IMG/VR virus record: IMGVR_UViG_3300009551_000036
Span: 1-36,348 of that record
Reading direction: 5' to 3' (one strand)
DNA from: a virus
Length of the DNA: 36,348 nt
The first letter of the stretch is position 1. Every line of letters begins with the position of its first letter. Under the pieces are notes generated by a model, which worked only from the letters and a program-made list of their open reading frames with translations, was not told the DNA's origin and did not search any database. A program made the translations under genes and the position numbers. Below are positions 16,517 through 23,839 of the stretch, in pieces.

Positions 16517-16881
16517 TACCCAGCTCCCTTATCGATTCTCATAGCAATAATCGATGTGGTGCCTAAGGAGGAAATATAAAACGAAGCAGGTCCTTCGATT
16601 TCAAAAATCTCAGGAATCATGGTCGCTCCGACGGGATGTAAGGGCCAACCTTTTCCGGAGAGAGCTGCTAGCGTTGCCCCTGCCATCGTGGTTCCAAAGA
16701 AAAAGTTCAGGTTACTACTCCCAATAGCAGGAGGGAGGATCTCACAAGAGGAACCGAGGAGTGCTTTCATCGCCCAGGTCTGTTGCCCTAAAAGAGGCTG
16801 ACAGAAAACAGCCAGAGTAGGGCCGACTGGAACGATGACTTGAGTGATGCCTAGAGTAAAGATGCTATCTGCGAGATTCAT
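16513..16881 (-). CDS. Hypothetical protein (122 aa), paralogue of 17349..17705
   Basis: Aligns with the 118-aa ORF: LG.T.VIVP.G.TLAVF.QP..GQ.......G..CEIL.PA........F.GTTMAG.TLAALSG.G. Lies between the two terL fragments. Confidence 0.6.
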   Translation of the reverse strand: MNLADSIFTLGITQVIVPVGPTLAVFCQPLLGQQTWAMKALLGSSCEILPPAIGSSNLNFFFGTTMAGATLAALSGKGWPLHPVGATMIPEIFEIEGPASFYISSLGTTSIIAMRIDKGAGY

Positions 16882-17346
16882 TTAGTTTCCTAATCGAAAG
16901 ATTGAAAAATAAATTTGTGACGCGTTTCCAGACTGCAAAGACGGGCTCCCAGCATTACACGAACCTTTGATTACTACATTATCCCCATCCGCTAATTGAA
17001 GAATATCACCGACAGGACAAAATTGGGCTGTCATACTGGTTGCAAGTCGATTGATTGTTTGACTTGTCGCTACTCCATTCACATAGATTGAATTCTGAAC
17101 GACATTATTGACCGCCGCAGCATTGAAGGAATAGACCAGCTGGGAATGGAGATGATACTTTCCTCCTAAGCCGGATCCCACAACCCAGACGCCATTACTC
17201 ATGCTCATTCCGCCGACGGTGTCAAAGCTCTTATTGATCCAAACAATCGGCGCGTCACCACCACCGATTGAGCTATTTGAATCAGTAAATCGACCTGCAA
17301 CAAGTGGATTATAAAAAGGCACTGTGGAGAAAATCTCTAATGCCAT
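16882..17346 (-). CDS. C1q/TNF-like jelly-roll domain protein (154 aa)
   Basis: IVWINKSFDTVGG..NGVWVV..GGKYHLHSQLVYS...IYVNGV......LQLADGDNVVIKG.....IYFSIFRLG matches the recalled C1q-domain pattern (F..v..N.G....G.F....G.Y.f.....v.L..NG....l.L..GD.V.....FsGfLl). Confidence 0.5.
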   Translation of the reverse strand: MALEIFSTVPFYNPLVAGRFTDSNSSIGGGDAPIVWINKSFDTVGGMSMSNGVWVVGSGLGGKYHLHSQLVYSFNAAAVNNVVQNSIYVNGVATSQTINRLATSMTAQFCPVGDILQLADGDNVVIKGSCNAGSPSLQSGNASQIYFSIFRLGN

Positions 17347-17348
17347 GT

Positions 17349-17705
17349 CTATTGACCCTCAGCCTTTCCAAAGATCGCATGCAGGACCGATGTAGCCCCT
17401 GTGGATGAGAGGTAGTAATACGCAGGTCCGCTCAGGGATAAGGTCTCATTGGTGGATAGGCAATAGCCTGAACCAGACAAGGCAGCTAAGGTTCCCCCTG
17501 CCATAGTCGTTCCTAAGAATATGTTAAATGCGACCTGAGTAAAAGCGGGACCCAGGATTTCACAAGTCCCACCTGAGAACATTTTGAGCAGAGTGCTCAC
17601 CTGTCCTGCTTGAGGTTGCATGAAGACAGCAAGTGTGGCTCCGATTGGAACAATGACGCGCGTTGCCCCTAAACTCCACACCGAATCAAATGAGGTAGTC
17701 GCCAT
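17349..17705 (-). CDS. Hypothetical protein (118 aa), paralogue of 16513..16881
   Basis: See the paralogue alignment above. Same strand, and the pair flanks the C1q-like gene. Confidence 0.6.
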   Translation of the reverse strand: MATTSFDSVWSLGATRVIVPIGATLAVFMQPQAGQVSTLLKMFSGGTCEILGPAFTQVAFNIFLGTTMAGGTLAALSGSGYCLSTNETLSLSGPAYYYLSSTGATSVLHAIFGKAEGQ

Positions 17706-17755
17706 GATAGAAGTTTAGGTGTCTCCACCCGGTTAATCAAGGTTTGTTCGTGAAC

Positions 17756-17926
17756 TTACTCCTGACCATCATGCTTGATATCCATCAAGTATTCTCGATC
17801 CAAGGTTTGGATCATATGGCGAATGGTATCGGCAACCTCAGGCTTTCCAGAAGCCTCCATCTCTTTCATAAACTCATGCAGGTTCCAAACTAAGTCTAGA
17901 ATCCTCTTATGGGTAACTGACATCAT
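17756..17926 (-). CDS. Small hypothetical protein (56 aa), below the ORF-track cutoff
   Basis: RBS AAGGAG (17938-17933), then ATGATG. Hand translation: MMSVTHKRILDLVWNLHEFMKEMEASGKPEVADTIRHMIQTLDREYLMDIKHDGQE*. Confidence 0.5.
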   Translation of the reverse strand: MMSVTHKRILDLVWNLHEFMKEMEASGKPEVADTIRHMIQTLDREYLMDIKHDGQE

Positions 17927-17946
17927 AATGAACTCCTTACCTTAGT

Positions 17947-17976
17947 ATTATACTCTAATATAACGCATTAAGTCAA
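17947..17976 (-). promoter_or_regulatory. Sigma70-type promoter inside the terL-splitting region
   Basis: Minus-strand TTGACT (17976-17971), 18-nt spacer, TATAAT (17952-17947), followed by the RBS and ATG of the 56-aa ORF. Confidence 0.5.
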
Positions 17977-17987
17977 GCCAGGGTGTG

Positions 17988-18215
17988 TCAGGGATGATCC
18001 TTTTCTAGATCATCGACCTTCTCGCGTTCAGCTAAGGCGATATTGAGATGATGGATCAGCATGGCGACATCTTGGCTGAAGTACTTGCTTTGGAGCAGGC
18101 TCAGGAAATACTTCACTTGCTCATCGGGGCCTGTAAAGAGATCACGAAGCAAAGCCTTAGCGTTTGCTCGGGTGGTTGTCATCCAGTCATGCCGTCGTTG
18201 GGGATTGATCATCAA
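17988..18215 (-). CDS. Hypothetical small protein (75 aa)
   Basis: ORF with a 4-nt overlap onto the upstream 69-aa ORF. Confidence 0.45.
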   Translation of the reverse strand: MMINPQRRHDWMTTTRANAKALLRDLFTGPDEQVKYFLSLLQSKYFSQDVAMLIHHLNIALAEREKVDDLEKDHP

Positions 18216-18421
18216 TGCCTCGTGAATTTATCCCAGTCAGAAATGGCTTCAGTGACATTAATCACCCCGAGCTTAATCATAGAGGCTTTGTCGCAGAGCT
18301 TATCGATATTCGTTTCGTTTAAGACTTCAGCTTTAGCCGCTAAGTCAGTCTCAGCCGTGATCTTGGCAGTCCCATAGATTTCAAGCTTATAGACCACATG
18401 CCATTTCTTTTTCATTGTCAC
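18212..18421 (-). CDS. Hypothetical small protein (69 aa)
   Basis: ORF beginning ATGACAATGAAAAAG. Its start codon is 17 nt from the divergent plus-strand ORF. Confidence 0.45.
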   Translation of the reverse strand: MTMKKKWHVVYKLEIYGTAKITAETDLAAKAEVLNETNIDKLCDKASMIKLGVINVTEAISDWDKFTRH

Positions 18422-18438
18422 TATTGTACAGGAAAGCC

Positions 18439-18714
18439 ATGGCTTTTAGATTTTTGCAGCATTTACCGGCTTATTTTGATGACAGCATTGCCCGTTTTGA
18501 CATCACCGTGGAAAATACCGAAGAATTGCTTCGCTATCCCAAAATTGATGGATGGAAAAGAAATCATCAGGATTTCTATCGTTTCGTGCAGTCAAAGTAT
18601 GGCGATAATTTGCACCTTATGGCCGAGCATAACAATGGCAAGAGTTGGTATGTCTTAGGAACCGCTTTTACCGAGGACCTAGGTTTGCCTCAATGGGAAC
18701 CTAAGAAGGATTAA
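18439..18714 (+). CDS. Hypothetical protein (91 aa from ATG 18439)
   Basis: AGGAAA lies upstream of ATGGCTTTT. Plus-strand ORF embedded in a minus-strand operon, between the terL halves. Confidence 0.45.
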   Translation: MAFRFLQHLPAYFDDSIARFDITVENTEELLRYPKIDGWKRNHQDFYRFVQSKYGDNLHLMAEHNNGKSWYVLGTAFTEDLGLPQWEPKKD

Positions 18715-18717
18715 GAA

Positions 18718-18993
18718 ATGCTGAGACTAAAACAGAAGCTAGCCCATGATTATTGCGTAGATCTTGTCCCTGAAGTTTTACCAAAAGATAATAAAGATTG
18801 GTATGAGGCAACTCTAGCATGCGACGTTTTAAGGGCTCAATATGCTGCAATTTATTTGGCTGGATTCGAAAAAGCACGAGAGTTGGTCTGGGAGACTTTA
18901 GGAGAGGAAATGTATTCCGTCCAACCCAAGATACAACATCTTATCCTGAATGTGGGGGAGGGAGAAGTGGATCTATCAGTCCCTGAGGCTTAA
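18718..18993 (+). CDS. Hypothetical protein (91 aa); its 3' end overlaps the 3' end of the terL ATPase fragment by 53 nt (convergent)
   Basis: RBS AAGGA lies 6 nt upstream of the ATG, which is 3 nt after the previous stop. Confidence 0.45.
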   Translation: MLRLKQKLAHDYCVDLVPEVLPKDNKDWYEATLACDVLRAQYAAIYLAGFEKARELVWETLGEEMYSVQPKIQHLILNVGEGEVDLSVPEA

Positions 18994-19672
18994 TCTCATT
19001 CTCTAAAATATATCCCAGACAATCGTCTGCGGCATAACGCGTCCCGATAACGACCATCACTCCATGGGGCTCTAGAATCGACGTATTAAGCTTATAGTGA
19101 TTCACGACCTTCTGTCTTTGCTCAGGAGTCTGGGAGTTTCGTTCAGAGTTTAAATCATCCATAATAATGCAATCATAGTGCTGTCCAGTCTTGCCGGCCC
19201 CGACACCTGAAGCCGTCACACTCGATTCCTTCAAGATCTTTCGCCTCTGAGCAATCGTAATACTTCCCTCAGCCCATTGGTTGGATCTAAAGGACCCAAA
19301 GAGTTGGGTCACTCGGGGAAGCTCAAGCTTGCCCCTGATCTCGCGGATGAAGTTCTTAGAATTCTCATAGATCTCTGAATCAATCAGGATCCTCAGATTC
19401 GGATTATTCATCAATGACCAAATGGAATACCCGACTACTCCTATCGATGATTTAAACGTGCCCCGAGGGACGCAGATGAGCTTGCGTTTGGTTGGAGCTT
19501 CTAAGGCTTCGATGATTTCGCCATGCGTATATTTAGTCAGATCGGAATATTCCAATAGATCTTTGCAGGTGAGATAGAGGCTATTCTTATAACGCGTTTT
19601 GATGCGTTCAGTTAAAGCGATGCGTTGGATTTGAGGGTCATACTTACCGAGTTGTTTGGAATAAGTGGCCAT
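18941..19672 (-). CDS. terL: Large terminase, N-terminal ATPase-domain fragment (243 aa)
   Basis: Walker A-like VPRGTFKSS. Walker [11 protein letters not shown]. Coupling motif [11 protein letters not shown]. It ends ...[26 protein letters not shown], exactly where homologues continue into the ..W.v...A...dG..lfPe.. segment found at the start of 15704..16516. Confidence 0.85.
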   Translation of the reverse strand: MATYSKQLGKYDPQIQRIALTERIKTRYKNSLYLTCKDLLEYSDLTKYTHGEIIEALEAPTKRKLICVPRGTFKSSIGVVGYSIWSLMNNPNLRILIDSEIYENSKNFIREIRGKLELPRVTQLFGSFRSNQWAEGSITIAQRRKILKESSVTASGVGAGKTGQHYDCIIMDDLNSERNSQTPEQRQKVVNHYKLNTSILEPHGVMVVIGTRYAADDCLGYILENEIKPQGLIDPLLPPPHSG

Positions 19673-19687
19673 GCTTATAATACGACT

Positions 19688-19945
19688 ATGCCACTTGAAA
19701 AAGGAAAGTCACCCAAGACCATGTCAGATAACGTAGCGGAACTCGTTAAGGCGGGACATCCGGTGAACCAAGCAGCGGCGATTGCCTATAATGAAGCTGG
19801 CAAATACCGGAAAAAGCCAGCTGAGGAAGAATTGAACACCGCCAGAAGCGCGATGAACCGAGTTTCACATAATGGCAGTCCTATGGAAAAAGCGAGGGTG
19901 AGTGCTGCGGTTGAGAAGAAATACCAGAAGCTCAAGAAGTCTTAA
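19688..19945 (+). CDS. Small conserved-looking phage protein (85 aa from ATG 19688)
   Basis: [43 protein letters not shown] resembles a recurrent small phage protein motif (K.G.p.kQAvAIAy), from recollection. TATAAT (19676-19681) lies 6 nt upstream of the ATG, so the mRNA may be leaderless. Confidence 0.5.
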   Translation: MPLEKGKSPKTMSDNVAELVKAGHPVNQAAAIAYNEAGKYRKKPAEEELNTARSAMNRVSHNGSPMEKARVSAAVEKKYQKLKKS

Positions 19946-19954
19946 AGTTTCATT

Positions 19955-20179
19955 TCAAAAGAACCCCTTAGCCAGTCGTTGAAGTGCTCCCACTAAATCT
20001 GCAAAATCGGATGTCGTGAATCCATCTTTGGCGAAATAATCCTGAAGCTTTCGATTGCGAGCTATGACGGCCAACATATGGGCAAATGAATCCAAAGATT
20101 GTGCTGTGATCAATACAACATCTTTATCGCTTTCATCAAGCGTTTGGAACTTGGATTTCTGCTTCTTTGATTTTCTCAC
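19955..20179 (-). CDS. Hypothetical small protein (74 aa, GTG start uncertain)
   Basis: ORF-track entry. It overlaps the preceding small membrane ORF. Confidence 0.35.
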   Translation of the reverse strand: MRKSKKQKSKFQTLDESDKDVVLITAQSLDSFAHMLAVIARNRKLQDYFAKDGFTTSDFADLVGALQRLAKGFF

Positions 20180-20306
20180 AACCGTTCTCCAACTTCATTT
20201 GTAGCCATAGCATAGGGGTGATTACGATGACAGCGCTCCAGATACCGGCCTTCTGATACCAAGGCATTTCTTCCATCAAGGCTTTGAGTAGTTGCATTCC
20301 GTTCAT
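20136..20306 (-). CDS. Small membrane protein (56 aa), not in the ORF track
   Basis: RBS GGAGGAG then ATGAACGGAATG. Hand translation: MNGMQLLKALMEEMPWYQKAGIWSAVIVITPMLWLQMKLENGCEKIKEAEIQVPNA*. One hydrophobic helix. Confidence 0.35.
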   Translation of the reverse strand: MNGMQLLKALMEEMPWYQKAGIWSAVIVITPMLWLQMKLENGCEKIKEAEIQVPNA

Positions 20307-20315
20307 AACTCCTCC

Positions 20316-21002
20316 TTATTGCACGCCATAAGCCGGCGCATACTCACAAGTCCAGATGGATCCTGAATCCAAGGTGCCATTCACATAGGTCTGGATTTCC
20401 ATGTAATTCATATGGTCTTGGGAGTCTAAGACATAGGTCGGATATCCAGGATAGTTCACTGGGCCGATAATGGCATGAGTGTTATTGGATTGGTCTTTCA
20501 GGTCTAGCTCACAAGGAATCCCGCCATAAGGCAGGAATGCGGTATAGGTATGATCTATCCCCGCTTGGTCTCGAAGCGAGATCGTTCCATCTCGATAGAA
20601 TCCAATCCAGGTCACATCATTGGGATAGGCTGGATAGGGAGAGTTCGAATAAGAAGCCCCCCCGCCTGTACAGAGATAGCCTGAATTACCAGAAGCACCG
20701 AAGGAAGGACCATTGGTCCTGACCTGATTCTCCCAACATCCATTATTCGCAGTCTGAGTGCCTGCATAGTTATACGGAGTATCTATGGGAGCTGAGACCG
20801 TTGTATTGAGGGTAGGTGCTGCTTGGGTAACTGGAGTAGTTGTGGTTGTCGTTTGTGGGGCTTGTGGAGCATCACAGCCAGATGAGAAGAAAAATAGACC
20901 AACTGATAGGAGGATGACCAATTCCAAGAATCCGTCTTTCAGGATTTCCGCATCGATTTGACCAATCCTACTATTGCCAAGGGCATGCTTAAAAGAACGC
21001 AT
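20316..21002 (-). CDS. Putative lipoprotein / secreted protein (228 aa)
   Basis: Hydrophobic segment LELVILLSVGLFFFSSGC is lipobox-like (S-S-G-C). It is followed by a Thr/Pro-rich linker (QAPQTTTTTTPVTQAAP) and a Gly/Tyr/Asn-rich domain. It has its own promoter. Confidence 0.55.
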   Translation of the reverse strand: MRSFKHALGNSRIGQIDAEILKDGFLELVILLSVGLFFFSSGCDAPQAPQTTTTTTPVTQAAPTLNTTVSAPIDTPYNYAGTQTANNGCWENQVRTNGPSFGASGNSGYLCTGGGASYSNSPYPAYPNDVTWIGFYRDGTISLRDQAGIDHTYTAFLPYGGIPCELDLKDQSNNTHAIIGPVNYPGYPTYVLDSQDHMNYMEIQTYVNGTLDSGSIWTCEYAPAYGVQ

Positions 21003-21020
21003 AAATCACCTCTTGATAAT

Positions 21021-21049
21021 AGTATAGTATATTAGTATGGATTAGTCAA
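21021..21049 (-). promoter_or_regulatory. Sigma70-type promoter for the lipoprotein gene
   Basis: Minus-strand TTGACT (21049-21044), 17-nt spacer, TATACT (21026-21021), then GAGGTG and the ATG at 21002. Confidence 0.5.
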
Positions 21050-21182
21050 GAGATGTTAAACTAATTTTGTTTAACGCGATTGACCGCTAACCGCACCGAT
21101 CGCTTGCACATATCATAAAGAAAGTGAGCGATCAAATTGCAGATAACGAGATAGATCGTTGGGGATAACCCTGTCAGATAGT

Positions 21183-21365
21183 TCATGATTCCCCCTCTGT
21201 CCTCACCACAATCCCAATCTGCAGGATCTTATCCCGATACTCCGATAGCGCTAGCATGGACTCCGCATCAGATTGAGGCACGTCGAATGTGACCTTCCAT
21301 CCCCCATCGATCGTAGTGGTGATTCGAGATAGAGAGGCTTCGAAGCTAATCCCGGCATTCACCAA
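21183..21365 (-). CDS. Hypothetical small protein (60 aa)
   Basis: ORF in an operon series with overlapping stop/start. Confidence 0.4.
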   Translation of the reverse strand: MVNAGISFEASLSRITTTIDGGWKVTFDVPQSDAESMLALSEYRDKILQIGIVVRTEGES

Positions 21366-21607
21366 AAGACTCCTGTCTTTAAGAATGCAATTTGTTGTTT
21401 CTCTTTGCCTTTCACATTCAAAACGATTCGAACAAGATGATCCTGATAATCACTGGAAACGATGCGACTTGTAAGCGGCACTGTGAACTCCAACCATCGG
21501 TCCCCCAGTCTAGGGAAAATACGAATATGTGTACCCGATAACTCGTTTTCGGTTTGGTAATATCCGACTACCTTTTTCCCATCCCAGAGCTCATATTTAT
21601 AAGCCAT
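21359..21607 (-). CDS. Hypothetical small protein (82 aa)
   Basis: ORF, 2-nt spacing from the upstream gene. Confidence 0.45.
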   Translation of the reverse strand: MAYKYELWDGKKVVGYYQTENELSGTHIRIFPRLGDRWLEFTVPLTSRIVSSDYQDHLVRIVLNVKGKEKQQIAFLKTGVFW

Positions 21608-21609
21608 TA

Positions 21610-21825
21610 CTAATCCCGGCGTTCATCCGGATCCTTGGGTTTCAGATTCACTGAAATCTGAGTAGGCTGCATTGCGAGTTCGAAAAAGACTCCCAGCAAT
21701 AAAAGGCCAGCCGCGATCGAATAGGCTGCATCTCCGTAATTATTCTGGTCGATATGAAGCTTGACCGCCCAGGAGGTCGCCAAGTAAAGAATGCCCACTA
21801 ATCCTCGTAATAACATTGCACGCAT
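21610..21825 (-). CDS. Small two-helix membrane protein (71 aa)
   Basis: Hydrophobic helices LLRGLVGILYLATSWAV and AAYSIAAGLLLLGVFFELA. Confidence 0.45.
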   Translation of the reverse strand: MRAMLLRGLVGILYLATSWAVKLHIDQNNYGDAAYSIAAGLLLLGVFFELAMQPTQISVNLKPKDPDERRD

Positions 21826-21944
21826 CTGATCCTAAAATAGGTGTATCCAGGTGTGGGATTCAACCGCTAAATTGTTATTCCCAAATTTGGTCTGTTCAAA
21901 ACTATGGTTCAACAGAACGAGACTTCCACCCGGATACCTGAGTC

Positions 21945-21973
21945 TTTATAACACAGTGCGTAATGAATGTCAA
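21945..21973 (-). promoter_or_regulatory. Sigma70-type promoter
   Basis: Minus-strand TTGACA (21973-21968), 17-nt spacer, TATAAA (21950-21945), about 120 nt upstream of the ATG at 21825. Confidence 0.4.
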
Positions 21974-22473
21974 TCATCATCCCCGTCCTCTCTTGGAACG
22001 CTATATTCCTCGCCAGCAAATGCCCCGAAATCGACTCCGCCCTCGTGATAATCATAAAAGCCTTCTTTAAATTGAGCGAAGCCTGCTTTTGCGCCTTTCT
22101 TATAGAATTTCAATTCTCCGTCGGTCCAATTATCACCATCCAGTACCAATTGAACTTTGCCGGAGCATCCATTGTAAAATATCGCATCATGACTCTCTAT
22201 ATCCCTCAAATACCAGCTGTTTGATCTCTCCATGAATGAGAGGCTATTCAAATAGGGCTGAGCGTCTTCAAAGAAATCCCCTGGGAAAATTTGCATGGAT
22301 GCTAAAATAGTCATTGGATTGAATCCGAGCTGTTTATAAGCTGCTAAGGCGGCTTTTTCGATTAAGATGGAATGCCGATCCCGTTTACGCATCAGCAATT
22401 TCTTGTTTTTGTCTTTAGCCTTATTTTGATCTTTCATCAAACTCCGAATAAAACCGACCTTATAGTTCGCCAT
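21970..22473 (-). CDS. Hypothetical protein (167 aa) with an acidic C-terminus
   Basis: ORF with no motif I recognise. Confidence 0.5.
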   Translation of the reverse strand: MANYKVGFIRSLMKDQNKAKDKNKKLLMRKRDRHSILIEKAALAAYKQLGFNPMTILASMQIFPGDFFEDAQPYLNSLSFMERSNSWYLRDIESHDAIFYNGCSGKVQLVLDGDNWTDGELKFYKKGAKAGFAQFKEGFYDYHEGGVDFGAFAGEEYSVPREDGDDD

Positions 22474-22513
22474 GGCAGATCAGATAACACACTAACGCAT
22501 TGCGCTAGTAATG

Positions 22514-23062
22514 TCAAATATAGATATTCAGGGCCAATCCAGCATGAATCCCACGCCCATAATAAGGCTCTTTCGGCACTCGCCTAGCGATTCCAGGCAA
22601 TGCTTCAAAGCCCCCGACTTCAAGCGAGAATCCAAACCGGCTCACGAGATACTCCATCCCGAAATTAGGCGACCAACTCATGGATACGGAGTTTGAGATA
22701 TCGTTATCCGGAAGGACTAATCCTATCCCCAGTCTCAGAAATCCCCTCAATTGATCTAAGATGCGATGCGAGACAATGAGACTGGTCTCAAGCGTTTTGA
22801 AGTAATAGACCTCTGTCCCTAACATCGTCTCAAAAGGCTGTCCTAGAGTCAGATAGCTCGCTCGAATGGCTATTGTATCTGAGAGGACATAGGGCGTTGT
22901 GATTCCGAATCTGCTCCCAGTTCCATTACCCAGGTAGTCAAAGCCTAAATGGAATGAAGTGGATGTCCTATGAAGGGGACGTTCATCCGCACGCAAAGTA
23001 TGAACGCCCCCCAACGTCCAGAGGATACCTAAGATTATAACCCAGCTGCTTCGCATGCGCAT
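22514..23062 (-). CDS. Outer-membrane beta-barrel-like protein (182 aa) with a signal peptide
   Basis: Signal-like N-terminus MRMRSSWVIILGILWTLGGVHTLRA. Alternating hydrophobic beta-strand pattern with aromatic girdle residues. C-terminus GIHAGLALNIYI. Confidence 0.5.
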   Translation of the reverse strand: MRMRSSWVIILGILWTLGGVHTLRADERPLHRTSTSFHLGFDYLGNGTGSRFGITTPYVLSDTIAIRASYLTLGQPFETMLGTEVYYFKTLETSLIVSHRILDQLRGFLRLGIGLVLPDNDISNSVSMSWSPNFGMEYLVSRFGFSLEVGGFEALPGIARRVPKEPYYGRGIHAGLALNIYI

Positions 23063-23454
23063 TTAACTATTTCCCTCGCTGATTTGAGTTCATCGGGAAC
23101 GTGGGTTTTGATCAACGTATCGATGTCATTGCATGAGCCTGATTTCAATACGCCAAGCTTGGCCAATGTCGTGAATTGTACGAGCAGATTCTGAAACCCC
23201 GGATTGACGATATATCCCTTACAACCATCACTCAGTTTAGAACCTGCCGCATTTGCAGCGATGGCCGTTGCGACAGCTCTAGCCGGAGGATTAGCTAGAA
23301 GGGTAAGCAATATGCCGAATACAGCTTGGCTCGTTTGCGGATCCAGCTGAGATTGCTGCTGCTCGCTGATTGGATTTGAAGTCTCTGTTTCGTTGGCAAA
23401 AGCCATAGGCATGGCTAATAGGATCAGGATCGTAATTAATTTTGTTCGTTTCAT
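23035..23454 (-). CDS. Secreted hypothetical protein (139 aa)
   Basis: Classic signal peptide MKRTKLITILILLAMPMAFA-NE. Four Cys in the mature part. Confidence 0.55.
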   Translation of the reverse strand: MKRTKLITILILLAMPMAFANETETSNPISEQQQSQLDPQTSQAVFGILLTLLANPPARAVATAIAANAAGSKLSDGCKGYIVNPGFQNLLVQFTTLAKLGVLKSGSCNDIDTLIKTHVPDELKSAREIVKCACEAAGL

Positions 23455-23508
23455 GAAACCTCCGAGATGGAGGGATTGCCATGAGAGAGGAGATGAGTCG
23501 AGTTAAGA

Positions 23509-23733
23509 TTACGTCCTATTCCTCTCCCAAGCTTCGTCGATGGCGCGTTCTATTCTCAGTGCCGACTCAGCTTTTTGTTCGATCTCTTGTGCTTCTCGAA
23601 TTCTCTCATCGGTTTCTCGCTGAATGGCAGCATAGATGTCAGAGTGCTCGGGACAATATGCATATGGATCCGGGATTAAACTGCAGGTGCATCGATCTAA
23701 GTCCTCTCCCAGAAAGTATTTGAAAAATCTCAC
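23509..23733 (-). CDS. Hypothetical small protein (74 aa)
   Basis: ORF, Cys/His-containing (CTCS..CPEH). Confidence 0.4.
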   Translation of the reverse strand: MRFFKYFLGEDLDRCTCSLIPDPYAYCPEHSDIYAAIQRETDERIREAQEIEQKAESALRIERAIDEAWERNRT

Positions 23734-23839
23734 ACCGAATCCAATTCCTCATCCTCTGGCGCTTCAATACAAGCAGGACATTGCTGACCTATTTCATATT
23801 CGATCCAATGCTTAGTGCATAGATTAACCGTCTTATTAT

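Noticed and set aside
16400-19100. The terL halves joined by a split intein or by one giant group I/II intron
   Set aside because: There is no N-intein after ...ILENE and no C-intein (HN + Cys/Ser/Thr) before NDRW. I found no P7/R/S-like core, GUGYG start or guide-sequence pairing. The interval contains a promoter and ORFs on both strands. Splicing is not formally excluded.
19676-19685. TAATACGACT, the first 10 nt of the T7 RNA polymerase promoter consensus
   Set aside because: The rest of the 23-nt consensus (CACTATAGGGAGA) is absent. No single-subunit RNA polymerase gene exists in the genome. The TATAAT part is better read as a host-type -10 box.
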